Shown here: positions 29,901 to 39,193 of the stretch, one piece after another
Layout: each line of letters opens with the position of its first letter
Numbering within the stretch: position 1 is the first letter of the stretch
Assembly (NCBI GenBank): GCA_019058275.1
Contig: JAHLVW010000066.1
Coordinates: 128,001 to 192,000, forward strand
DNA length: 64,000 bases
Source of the DNA: Candidatus Heimdallarchaeota archaeon
GTDB lineage: Archaea > Asgardarchaeota > Heimdallarchaeia > JABLTI01
Direction: 5' to 3'
The notes under the pieces: model-generated
Seen by the model: only the letters and a program-made list of their open reading frames with translations
What the model was told of the DNA's origin: nothing
Database searches by the model: none
Position numbers and translations under genes: made by a program

Positions 29901-30361
29901 GTATTACTGATTACGAAGAAGTATACATCTATGAGACTTTTCCACATGATCCTGATACAGATGATGATCTAGTTTTGGATGGAGAAGAAATCGCTTTGGG
30001 AACTGATCCAAAAAATATCGACAGCGATGGTGATGGTGTTAGCGATGGTAAAGAGTTAAGTGATGGAACTGATCCTTTAGATGCTTCCGATAATAAGAAC
30101 TTAGTTCGATTAAGACTTATTTTAATTACTTTCGGTTCTTTTCTTGGAGCTATTCTTATCTATTATCTCAGTCCATTAGTTATCACTAAACTCTCTCAAG
30201 AGGAAGAAGTCAAATGGGTTCGACAAGGTATTCTCTGGCGTCAAAACAAGAGTAATAATCTTTTCAATAACAATAAGACTGAAGAAACCGATAGTACAGA
30301 TGCTAGTGAAGAAACGACCAAAAATGTTGATAATGATATATCGAATGAAAATGGCAGTTAA
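26981..30361 (+). CDS. Large surface protein: signal peptide, beta-rich (propeller-like) domain, long TSP3-like DxDxDG repeat array, C-terminal TM
   Basis: Hydrophobic N-terminus, repeated D..G.IH..W motifs, more than 20 DTDxDG-type repeats, TM LILITFGSFLGAILIYYL. Confidence 0.85.
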   Translation: MMSKRNQIVYCLIFVSFFLFSTASFDLKVSSESNIKMIDPNSGLFIFPDIHSIADEELEVYAKSEHNYGSVLEPNYEMIGSYGWEDKEVVDDYAPLNDLKIAVDGDDNIHIFWSGIVSGNYYLFHRMKYNSTGLWGEKETLGTTNSEIRGLMDAETDPDGKIHLTWVQYNGLIRYKIYDYGTWIDRIDNGYGSKPILVFNAEGDAKLLYSTNPTPYSIDFKYSQFVSASQRWMTETIPPISYSWSSQAKNYDIHIIEKDGNDQVFFMVSSIMRHGGYYSSYYTAEYFMLWKENSSTGFVGEGLYRSINLSSNFYNMPRPQIFSTPNGNLHVIYIVPKDGTSANIVYQKRKSTGWTEPNVISRNASINCYLSGYVDDVGRIILLWNHVDYDGTTDAAVYTKIYNSAKNEWTNDALVNPGYAYSQLPAMALDSEGNIHAAWIRQDGTDRILYYRKGWTDSDDDGLLNIDEREIYGTDPYDDDTDDDQMLDGEEIDNGFDPLNPDEDSDGMADGYEFHYGLNWTTDDAYDDLDSDLLLNIEEFWNNTLPNDNDTDNDLVSDYDEVVVYRIDPHNTDTDDDMVPDGIEVHVLGSNANSTDTDNDTMNDYYEWSYGLKILENDTLEDPDNDLLINILEYQHGINPKKADHDDDGLLDGLEVLVWFTNPIVKDTDMDSLKDGKEVYGIYAPTNPGANATGYIFTHPNKYDTDDDFLNDGTESRNDLDPNDNDTDDDLMVDGYEYKYRLNSEKGYIPGLDPLDPSDPDYDYDGDTLTNYEESLLWTNPFSIDTDGDKFTDPEELILGTNPALADTDGDGITDYNELVIFKTNATNVDTDYDDLDDYSEVHIYGSDPLVTDTDGDGILDGIEVHTYGTHPALTDTDGDLIDDNVELVFGSDPTKKDTDYDGMDDYFEWLYNLDPNYDDSHKDEDGDGVVNIEEYIHKANPLVNDTDKDGLTDFQEIFIYYTLPNKADTDADGITDYEEVYIYETFPHDPDTDDDLVLDGEEIALGTDPKNIDSDGDGVSDGKELSDGTDPLDASDNKNLVRLRLILITFGSFLGAILIYYLSPLVITKLSQEEEVKWVRQGILWRQNKSNNLFNNNKTEETDSTDASEETTKNVDNDISNENGS

Positions 30362-30401
30362 TAATTTGAATAAAAAAGAAAAGAGAAAAAGGCAAAACTT
30401 G

Positions 30402-32591
30402 CTATTTTTTGTTTGCCTTTTTTTGTTTAATTCTTTTTGACAGATTAATAATCGGTTTTATTGAAATCCCTATAATTATTGGTATTGATAGTAAACTAAG
30501 GTATTTCAATTGCTGTTCATAATAATCAGCAATTCCATTAGCGTTCTTATCACCATTGAATATTACTAAACCTTTGTCTGCACAAGCAGTAAAATAGAAA
30601 TCTTTGTATTTTGTACATCCACGATAACGATTATTTTGATTAGATACACCCGCGATAAGTGTAGGATTAGCTGGAAAAGTTATATTAAAAATCAGAAGTT
30701 TATATGCTGAAACAAAAAGTAGGTCGCCGTTTTTTCTAATGTCATATGCAAAGCCATCAAGGATTACTTTATTTTGAATAACAGGATTTGTTGTATTACT
30801 GATGTCACATGAAATGAGGAACTCTTCAGTTTTAATATATAGATTTTTTTCAGAAATAGTTATCTTCGAAATGTCATGACTCAGATATACTGTTGATATT
30901 GGTTTTGGATTTGCTAAATCTGAGATATTCACTAGCAAAAATCCTTTAGTTGAATAATGATGAACCAAGTACATTGTATTATCGCAAACTGCAAAATCAA
31001 TAATAGACTCATTACTAAAACTGAATTCATTGATTATCCTAGGTGCTTTGGGATCTGTTGCATTAATAGCAATTATTCCGTTAGTGTTATTTGCTACAAG
31101 TACATTACTTTTGACTACTATTACTTTCTTTATAATTCCAATGTTACTAAGTTGTCCGATTTTTACTGGAAAAGCTGGATTTGAAATATTATAATCCTCT
31201 AAACCATCAATACCATCCACGACGAATGCTAGAGTACCATTTAAACATAAATCATTAGCAAAACCTCCATCACTTAAACTCCTTATTTCACTTGGTTTTG
31301 TTGGTTTTTTTAGATCTAATACCTCAAATCCCTTAGAGCCACTAGCTAAGTAAAGGAAATCATTGTTAATTTCTAAATCATAACATAACGCAGAGAAGCT
31401 GAATTGCCAATCAGTGCAATATTTGTTGGATCTTTAATATTGTATATTTGAAAACCTACCTTTCTGCTTGCTACTAATAAATAATTGTCTTTAAAGCAAA
31501 AATCTCTAATAATCAAATCTTGGTCAAACGTATATTGATTTTGGATTTCAAATTCATCATTAAAATCTAAAATCAAAAGATCAAGCTTATCACCACCAGT
31601 TATAAAAACAAAATTGTCTTGAACATTGATATTAAATGAAAGTGTGGAATTATAGCTATTTATGAGGGAAATACTAGTTGGATTAGTTGCATTAAGGATA
31701 TTCATAGAAAATATATGTGTAGTATAAACAATTTTATCTTTCACTATGATATCAAAGATATATCCAATTGATGGTGTACTACTGATTAGTGTTAGTTTAT
31801 GAGGTTGACTGACATCGAATATTAGAAAATCGCCATCAAGATCAAAGTAGAGTAAATTATCTTCTATGCACCCTTTGCAAAACCTTTTGTCACCTTCAAC
31901 TGTATAACTATCAACAATGTTGAGGTTATTAGGATTTGAAATGTCGACAATATGAAATGAATTTTGCCAATTTGGTATGTAAACTACTGAATCTTTGTGA
32001 ATAATTTGATCACCAAACAGATCGATTTTGTGCAAAAACCTTGGATTTGATGGATTACTTACATCGAACGATGTTAAACCGAATTCGTCGATTTCGCAGA
32101 TACAACAACACAAGTTACATCTTTTCCATAAACGCAATTCTGAAGCTTACGTTTTGTACGTAGACGCAACCATCAGAATAACAGACGTCAAGACACCCCA
32201 TACTACCATCATCATATTTACCAATTTTCCCAATTATTGTTGGTAAATGAGGATCAGTAATATCTGCGATTATCATTCCATCGTCATCTGCAACAAGAAA
32301 AGCTGCAGTGTCAGAAAAACAAATTTTGTGGATAGACCTGTAAATATTGCCAAAGTTATAAACTTCAACAAGTTCTTCCCAGGATCCATCACCATTATTT
32401 AATGTAAGGAACTCTGGGTCGACAATTACCGGATTTACAGAATCTGATACACCGTTTAGCTCATTAGGCGCATTCGAATTTATTGGATATAAAGTGAAAC
32501 AGAGAACTATAATAGAAAGCAATGTAATAAAAGCTAATCTTTTGAGCAAAGAATGCGCTCTATGTTGGTTAAATGTAAATATCCCCTTCAT
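30402..32591 (-). pseudogene. LVIVD-repeat beta-propeller surface protein, broken into three ORFs
   Basis: Repeats such as GMIIADITDP, SFDVSNPSNP, IVDISNP in all fragments; 61-nt insertion at 32090-32150 and a 1-nt deletion near 31393. Confidence 0.8.
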
Positions 32592-32740
32592 AGTTCTCCC
32601 CCACTGAGATATATCGTGAGCGCAAGCTATAATGCTCCTCTTATTTTAAAAATATTATCATATAAAGTCTAGTCAAAAATAATTCTATTTAATAAGAACG
32701 TTTAAGAAAAAAAGGATTTCTCATTAAATTACAAAAAATT

Positions 32741-32823
32741 GGAGGTAAGTAAAGATGACAGAATTTATGATATTGAGATTGATGTTAATTCACAAGAGTA
32801 TTACTCACAATTTACCTACCTCC
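32741..32823. repeat. 13-bp imperfect inverted repeat element
   Basis: GGAGGTAAGTAAA (32741-32753) / TTTACCTACCTCC (32811-32823), 12 of 13 complementary. Confidence 0.6.
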
Positions 32824-32968
32824 GAAAATAAACTATGAATAAGCTTTATTTTTTGAGATTGGTAATTTTCTTGATCACTAGTATATATAATTTGGATTAT
32901 AATACAGTAAATCTAATTTCAAGTGAATTTTGTTTTCCTTACTGACCTCATTAACGAGGTAATTATGA

Positions 32969-33934
32969 ATGAAACAACAAATGAAAATTTCAATAAATGA
33001 ATGGAATGATTCTATTCTAAAAGAATTGGTGAAATTTACAGTTCCAATTTGGCGCGAACAGAATCCAAATATTACAGAAGTTAGGTTTGAAAATTGGTTT
33101 AAGAACTTGGAACTAGATAATCCTCCACTAGCTATTATAGCTAAAAAGAAGAATGAGCTATTAGGTTGGATTTTCTTAGTTTTCCACAATAATTCTGAAG
33201 ACGAGATTAATCCTTGGGCTTTGGGTGGGCATCCTATTATTTCACTAAATCACCTAAAGAACATAGAAATAAAAAAAGAGCTTATACTTGAAGCTATAAA
33301 ACATGCAAAAAATAAAGGAATAACTCAAGTAGATATACATTTTAGAAAAGAAGAAGGAAATGTAGAAAATCATTATGATTTCTACAACTCATTAGACTTG
33401 AGACTTATCGAGGAAAATTGTCATATGAGACAAGATGTATCCAAAACGAAAATCGAATTTGATGGATTCCCAGAATGCTTAACTCAAAGTACTGTCAAAC
33501 AAGTAGATCAGACTGAATTATAGAAATGCTATTATGAATCATTCAGAAATTCAGATGACCGTTGGATGACAGATAAAACTGATGAAGAGATGAAAGACTA
33601 TTTCAATACACAAATTATCAAGAATCACTTTCCATTAATCGAAGATGCTTCTGTAGCCTTACTTAAGAATAATCAGGTTATTGCTTTTGCATTTGTACAT
33701 CAATCTCATGGAGATAAAAATGGTCAACTATGGATAATGGGTGTTCGTCCCAACTTTAGAAGACAAGGTTTTGGTAAGGGTATGTTAAATCACATAAAGA
33801 CCACACTAATAAAACAAGGCTTTGTAAGTACAAGTTTAAATGTTGATATATCCAATACTTCAGCTTATAATTTGTATCTCTCACAAGGATATGTTAAAGA
33901 TTGGACACTTGTCAATTTTGCTTGGACAAAATAG
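32969..33934 (+). pseudogene. Tandem-domain GNAT acetyltransferase interrupted by an in-frame TAG
   Basis: ORFs 32969-33523 and 33566-33934 share a frame; TAG at 33521-33523; motif A GVRPNFRRQGFG in the 3' half. Confidence 0.8.
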
Positions 33935-33947
33935 GTTTAAAAAAACC

Positions 33948-34145
33948 TCATCCCTTTTTCATTTCAGATAATAATATTCCATTTGAGCCAATATTTTCAG
34001 GTTTGTTTTCATTTATGATTACAATAATATGCTCAAAATCTTCAGGATAACCATAAGCTTCCTTTAAAGCACTTGTTAGCATTTCAACGAGCCTTTTCTT
34101 TTGTTCTACACTTCTAGATGGTCCTTCTACTGTTATTATTGGCAT
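33948..34145 (-). CDS. 4-oxalocrotonate tautomerase family protein
   Basis: MPIITVEG (catalytic Pro1), RSVEQKKRL, ENIGSNG. Confidence 0.88.
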   Translation of the reverse strand: MPIITVEGPSRSVEQKKRLVEMLTSALKEAYGYPEDFEHIIVIINENKPENIGSNGILLSEMKKG

Positions 34146-34284
34146 TGATATCAATCCATTTCATACTAATATCTTAATATTATACAAGTCTTAATAATAA
34201 ACTAATTTGCCCTAGATGAAGTGCACATCCTTTCACAAGAGAATTTAGTTGACAATATGAAAAGAAATTTGTATTTTAGAAAAT

Positions 34285-35199
34285 TTACTTGTCAGGGATG
34301 ATAGATTCAGCAAACCAATTGGAATCAAATGGTTTAAAGTCTGAATACTTTTGACCGACTCCAATATAGATTATTGGGGCTTTAGTAGCATAAACAACTG
34401 ATAAAGCTGTTCCACCTTTTGGATCTGCATCAACTTTAGTTAGAATACTTGCATCAATGCCAACTATCCGGTCATATTCTTCAGCTTGCAATGCTGCATC
34501 ATTACCTGTTAAAGCATCAGCAACGAAGATATTTAAGTCTGGTTCAGCTACACGTACGATTTTTTCTAATTCCCTCATCAAATTCTTATTTGTTTGTAAA
34601 CGACCAGCTGTATCTGCAATAACTACATTAATGCCTTTAGCTCTTGCATGTTGAATAGTATCATAAATCACTGCTGCAGGATCTGATCCATAATCTTGTT
34701 TTATAATTCTCACACCTAGCTTTTTACAATGTTTACTAATCTGATCTATAGCACCTGCTCTGAATGTATCACCTGCTCCAATAACTACAGTATAATTATT
34801 ATCTATAAGGAATTGAGTTAGCTTTGCAATAGTGGTTGTTTTTCCAGCACCATTTGGACCAAAAATAGCTAGGACAGTTGGCTCACCTGCTTTTTTATTC
34901 TCCTCAATTATCTTTAGTAGATCAACCTCTTCACCGGGAGATTCAAGAATATCAATTATTGCTTTCTTTAAAGCTTCAAAAGTAATTTTCTTTCTAGAAG
35001 TTAGCCTTCCAACTTTGGTTTGAATAAGAGCTTGCTCAACCTCTTTTGTAATCTTTTCAGCAATAGGAACAGCAACATTGTTAGCAATTAAAGCAAGTTG
35101 CAAATCATAAAGGTGTTTCTGTAGATTTTTTTCTGTTAATTCTTTCTGAGAAATTTTTTCTACAGCACTATCAATTCCAGATCTGAATTTTTTAAACAA
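34285..35199 (-). CDS. ftsY: SRP receptor GTPase FtsY
   Basis: GPNGAGKTTTIAKL, DTFRAGA, DTAGR, TKVD.D.KGG. Confidence 0.96.
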   Translation of the reverse strand: MFKKFRSGIDSAVEKISQKELTEKNLQKHLYDLQLALIANNVAVPIAEKITKEVEQALIQTKVGRLTSRKKITFEALKKAIIDILESPGEEVDLLKIIEENKKAGEPTVLAIFGPNGAGKTTTIAKLTQFLIDNNYTVVIGAGDTFRAGAIDQISKHCKKLGVRIIKQDYGSDPAAVIYDTIQHARAKGINVVIADTAGRLQTNKNLMRELEKIVRVAEPDLNIFVADALTGNDAALQAEEYDRIVGIDASILTKVDADPKGGTALSVVYATKAPIIYIGVGQKYSDFKPFDSNWFAESIIPDK

Positions 35200-35327
35200 T
35201 GATAATCAAAGCTCCAATTTTTTATTTCAATTCAATTGCTAATTATTCTTGACACAATTAGCTATTTTTAATCGAATATTTATATTATCACTTTTAATAT
35301 TACAAATTAAATAAAAAAATCTGAAAT

Positions 35328-35792
35328 TTAACTGACCAAATTTGGATCATATTGTGGTTTTGAAGGTCCTTGAAGTTGTTTGTAAATCCCTTGAGCATGT
35401 TGTTCTAAACTACTAATCCTACTAATTATTTGGTTCAATTGATCAGCTAAGTTTATTCTTTGTTCTTCAGCTTCGTTTATTCTTCCATCAATATCCTTTA
35501 TAGCTTCATCAATTGATTTTGGGACTATAACATCCGCCCCGACACTATAAAACACCTTATCAGTTTCTAGTGGTTTGGCTTTTAGCATAACTCCTGATCC
35601 AAGAGGTATCAATGTTTCTTCGATGTTCTTCTCTTCCTTTAAACCTGCAAGAGTACCTTTTGATCGAGTTAAATCTATCAAATAATTTTGTAACTTTTCA
35701 ATTTGAATCTGGATTTGTTTACCAAATTCATCATATTGTTGCAATTCTGAAGAAATCTGTTGTAATTCCTTTCTTAATTCGTCTTCACTCAT
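35328..35792 (-). CDS. pfdA: Prefoldin alpha subunit
   Basis: Coiled-coil/beta-hairpin pattern (LIPLGSG, VGADV); conserved position between rplX and ftsY. Confidence 0.9.
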   Translation of the reverse strand: MSEDELRKELQQISSELQQYDEFGKQIQIQIEKLQNYLIDLTRSKGTLAGLKEEKNIEETLIPLGSGVMLKAKPLETDKVFYSVGADVIVPKSIDEAIKDIDGRINEAEEQRINLADQLNQIISRISSLEQHAQGIYKQLQGPSKPQYDPNLVS

Positions 35793-35847
35793 TTAGCGCA
35801 CCGATTTCAATTCTTAAGAGATTCTTTTGGTTTAAGTGAACTCTTAT

Positions 35848-36126
35848 TTATTTTGTAAGATGTATTTTCCCCTTATCATCTGAAGCAATTTCTTTGAGAA
35901 TTGGATTCTTTATTTCATCAATAGATATTTCTTTGATGGAATGAACTTTCAACAATTGTCGTGGAACTCTATGTTTACTACCAATTCTTGAATATGCTTG
36001 AGTAAGAGCATCTTTTTCAGTAATAGCTCTAACATCTACTTCATATTTGATTTTATTTTTTAGTGGCTTCTTGAAGAAAGTTATTCGGTAGTTTTTTACT
36101 TGTACTTCTTTTGACATTTCTAACAA
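35848..36126 (-). CDS. rplX: 50S ribosomal protein eL20 (L18Ae/LX)
   Basis: YSRIGSKHRV motif; operon context. Confidence 0.9.
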   Translation of the reverse strand: MLEMSKEVQVKNYRITFFKKPLKNKIKYEVDVRAITEKDALTQAYSRIGSKHRVPRQLLKVHSIKEISIDEIKNPILKEIASDDKGKIHLTK

Positions 36127-36200
36127 CTCTCATTATTTTTGAACTGCTTGAACAGCTTGCATGCTGTTTTTATTATTTTTGGATAGGATGATTAATAGTG

Positions 36201-36875
36201 TTACGTACCTCTAAGAGTTTGATAAAGTCTTTGTAATTCTGGTCCTGTTGTTTCTTTACCAACAATTGCTCCTTTTGAATTCGCAAAGCAGCCAATACTA
36301 ACAAAGGGAACACCTCTGTTCATTGTTCCAACATTGACAGGAACACCTAAACTTTCGCTTAACCAGTTTAACTCCATCTCAGTTGTAAGAGGATGAGCTA
36401 TAATTCCTTTATTAGTAGATAATGCATGAGAACCTACAAGGGGTGATTTTATGATATTACCTTTTTCAACATCTACTTCAAGTGTATCTTTAATAGTTCT
36501 TACAGCGTTAGGTTCGAATTTTTCGTGAATAATTGCTCCATTGTCGTTTGTCACGATACAATTACCTAAGCAAGTTATTTTGCTTTCAACAATACCAATG
36601 TTAACTTTATCACCAAATACTGCTTCTAGTTTTTCAAGCTCTCGAGGAGCAACAATATGTGGCAGTAAAATTCCTTTTGAATTTGCTGCAATTAGAATTC
36701 CTACTAAAGATGTATCACCTATATTTAGTTTTGAGAGTGGTACTTCTAAAGCATTGGTTATTGCTTCTATTGCTTTATTGGTCCAAAGCTCTGAAACAAT
36801 TGCGAATTTATCAGTGACAACTCCAAATGCACCTACTGAAACTAAGCCATTTACAGATGTTCTGATAATATTCAT
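36201..36875 (-). CDS. eif6: Translation initiation factor 6 (aIF6)
   Basis: Pentein repeats, LGNCIVTND, GTMNRG, TTGPEL. Confidence 0.95.
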   Translation of the reverse strand: MNIIRTSVNGLVSVGAFGVVTDKFAIVSELWTNKAIEAITNALEVPLSKLNIGDTSLVGILIAANSKGILLPHIVAPRELEKLEAVFGDKVNIGIVESKITCLGNCIVTNDNGAIIHEKFEPNAVRTIKDTLEVDVEKGNIIKSPLVGSHALSTNKGIIAHPLTTEMELNWLSESLGVPVNVGTMNRGVPFVSIGCFANSKGAIVGKETTGPELQRLYQTLRGT

Positions 36876-37078
36876 TTTAATACACCAATTATTCTTAATC
36901 TAATATTAATCACTAAATTCCTACAATAACGACTAATAGTATAGGTTTCTCATTTTGCCTCGAACTAGAAATGAATATTTAAATCATTGCGAAAGAACGA
37001 GTTTTTAATGAAAGTGACTACTTACAATTAACTACGCATAGAGAGAAATTTAAACAATGGATGTTCAAGTAAATAATT

Positions 37079-38005
37079 ATGGCAAAACTAAAGGTTGTTT
37101 CAGTCTCTCATCAAATTGATCCAGATGGAATAGGTTCTCAAGCAATCATCTGTAGATATTTTAAGGAATTAAAAATAGAACCTATATGTTTCCTAGCAGA
37201 TTACTACAATTTTGAGGAAATTCTGAAGAAAGCTATTGCAGAGAAACCCAATGTTCTAATAGTTAGTGATATAGGTTTGAATAGTAGAATACTTCACAAC
37301 ATAATAGAACCTCTACGAAAGCTGAAAGCTCGGAAAATTTGGATTGATCATCACAAAGCACCAACAGAACTGAAAATTTTGCTAACTGAAGTTTTAGATG
37401 AATTCATACATGATACCACTGTTGCAGCAGCTGATTTAGTATGCAAACGTTTTATGCCAAATGATAAGATATCAAAACAAATAGCTCAAATAGGTCATAA
37501 TGGTGATTTTGACATACATGATAGACTTACCAATGTTTTTTACACTCTCATTGATTTTCATCGATTGTCTATGAAGGATTTAGAACGAATTAGAGAGATA
37601 TTTATTAGAGGTGATTTTGAAGAACCTTCAGTTTTTGAAGAATATTTAGAAGCCTATAAAATGTTTGAAGCAGAAAGGGATAGAATTCGAAATAATCTGA
37701 AAGTGCTTACAATTTCAGGTAAAACGGTTGCTATTGCAGAATCTGCATTGTTACCAAGAGGTAAGGTAACTAAATTCCTATCAGAAATCTGTAAAGAAGA
37801 TATTTTACTAGCAATTGATACCACTAATTTTAGAATTGGACTAAGAAGCGATAATTGTGATGTAGCAGCAGTTGCTGCTAAATTTGGAGGTGGAGGACAT
37901 ATACACCGTTCAGGATTCACATACAAAGATACACTAACTGAAGATAACGAATTATCACCTGAATTTCTCAAAGCTATAAAAGAGGCCATTTCCGAAAACA
38001 TATAG
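37079..38005 (+). CDS. DHH/DHHA1 phosphoesterase
   Basis: SH..DPDG, SDIG, IDHH, GGGGH. Confidence 0.88.
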   Translation: MAKLKVVSVSHQIDPDGIGSQAIICRYFKELKIEPICFLADYYNFEEILKKAIAEKPNVLIVSDIGLNSRILHNIIEPLRKLKARKIWIDHHKAPTELKILLTEVLDEFIHDTTVAAADLVCKRFMPNDKISKQIAQIGHNGDFDIHDRLTNVFYTLIDFHRLSMKDLERIREIFIRGDFEEPSVFEEYLEAYKMFEAERDRIRNNLKVLTISGKTVAIAESALLPRGKVTKFLSEICKEDILLAIDTTNFRIGLRSDNCDVAAVAAKFGGGGHIHRSGFTYKDTLTEDNELSPEFLKAIKEAISENI

Positions 38006-38069
38006 CTTTTCTAGTTGAGAAGTAATTTTATTTATGTGAAAGTCTAATTGGATATATTCAAAGATAGAG

Positions 38070-39161
38070 ATGGATAGAATGATAGTAGATCGCCAAAAAA
38101 AATTAAAGGGTTTGATGGAATCAACAGGCTCTGATTGCTTGATTCTATTTGCAGGTGTTGATTTATTCTACGCAACTGGATTAATGACTCATGCAAGTGA
38201 AAGATTAACATGTTCAATAATACCTCAAGAAAGTGAACCAATTCTAATCTGTCCAAGTTTTGAGAAGAGTAGAATGGAAAAAGGTATTCAAACAGGATCT
38301 ATCAGAACTTGGGAAGAAGATGAAAATCCATTTCAAATGTTGGTAGCTATAATAAAGGAATTGGAAATTGACAATAAGAACATATCATTAGATAATAAAT
38401 TATGGTTTGATTGGTTTCTCAGAATAAGCGAACAACTCCCAAAAGCAAATTTCGTAAATGCTACAGACATTGTGCAAGTAGCTAGACTAGTTAAAACTGA
38501 AGATGAGATTGTTTTAATGCGAGAAGCAACCAAAATAGCTTCCGATTCAATCATTAAGACCTTCGATCAAGTTACACCAGGAATGACTGAAACTGACGTT
38601 TCAAAAATAATCCAAGAAGAATTATCGAAAGCTTGTAGACCTGCCTTTGGGTTAGTACAATCGGGTCCTAATTCAGCTCTTCCACATGGTTCCCCAACTG
38701 GACGAACAATTGAGAAAAACGATGTGTTGCTAATTGATGCTGGTCCAATTTACAAAGGTTATTATGGTGACATAACGATTACCTCTGTAATTGGTGAACC
38801 TTCTGGAAAATTCAAGAAAATCTATGATAGTGTCTATAGAGCCAATAGAGCATCTTTTGAAACCTCAAAAGAAGGTGTGAAATGTGAAGATGTCGATAAG
38901 GCTGCAAGAGAAGTCATTACAAAAGATGGATATGATAAGTACTTCACTCACAGATTAGGTCATGGAATTGGTATCGAAGGGCATGAAGCACCTTACATGG
39001 TTAATGGAAATAAGCTAGTGCTAAAAGAGGGAATGTGTCATACAGTAGAACCTGGAATTTATATCGAAGGAGAATTTGGAGTAAGAATAGAAGACGACGT
39101 AGTTGTAAGAAAAGACACTTGTGAATTTCTTTATGAAACTCCAAGATTTTTGTGGAAATAA
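38070..39161 (+). CDS. Xaa-Pro aminopeptidase/prolidase (M24B)
   Basis: ALPHG, IDAG, GDIT, HRLGHGIG, VEPGIY, GVRIEDD. Confidence 0.93.
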   Translation: MDRMIVDRQKKLKGLMESTGSDCLILFAGVDLFYATGLMTHASERLTCSIIPQESEPILICPSFEKSRMEKGIQTGSIRTWEEDENPFQMLVAIIKELEIDNKNISLDNKLWFDWFLRISEQLPKANFVNATDIVQVARLVKTEDEIVLMREATKIASDSIIKTFDQVTPGMTETDVSKIIQEELSKACRPAFGLVQSGPNSALPHGSPTGRTIEKNDVLLIDAGPIYKGYYGDITITSVIGEPSGKFKKIYDSVYRANRASFETSKEGVKCEDVDKAAREVITKDGYDKYFTHRLGHGIGIEGHEAPYMVNGNKLVLKEGMCHTVEPGIYIEGEFGVRIEDDVVVRKDTCEFLYETPRFLWK

Positions 39162-39193
39162 TTCAAAGTTTATTGCACTTCCAGGGTGAAAAA

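Noticed and set aside
28340-30095. CRISPR array or DNA tandem repeat
   Set aside because: The repetition is at protein level (DxDxDG) with diverged codons; there is no identical repeat-spacer structure.
32090-32150. Spliceosomal-type intron
   Set aside because: GTAAG and TAAC are present, but there is no 3' AG at a frame-restoring position and no spliceosome is known in archaea; kept only as an unexplained insertion.
32705-32831. Functional gene in the alternative open frame (EKKDFSLNYKKLEVSKDDRIYDIEIDV...)
   Set aside because: No convincing start codon or motif; at most a gene remnant.
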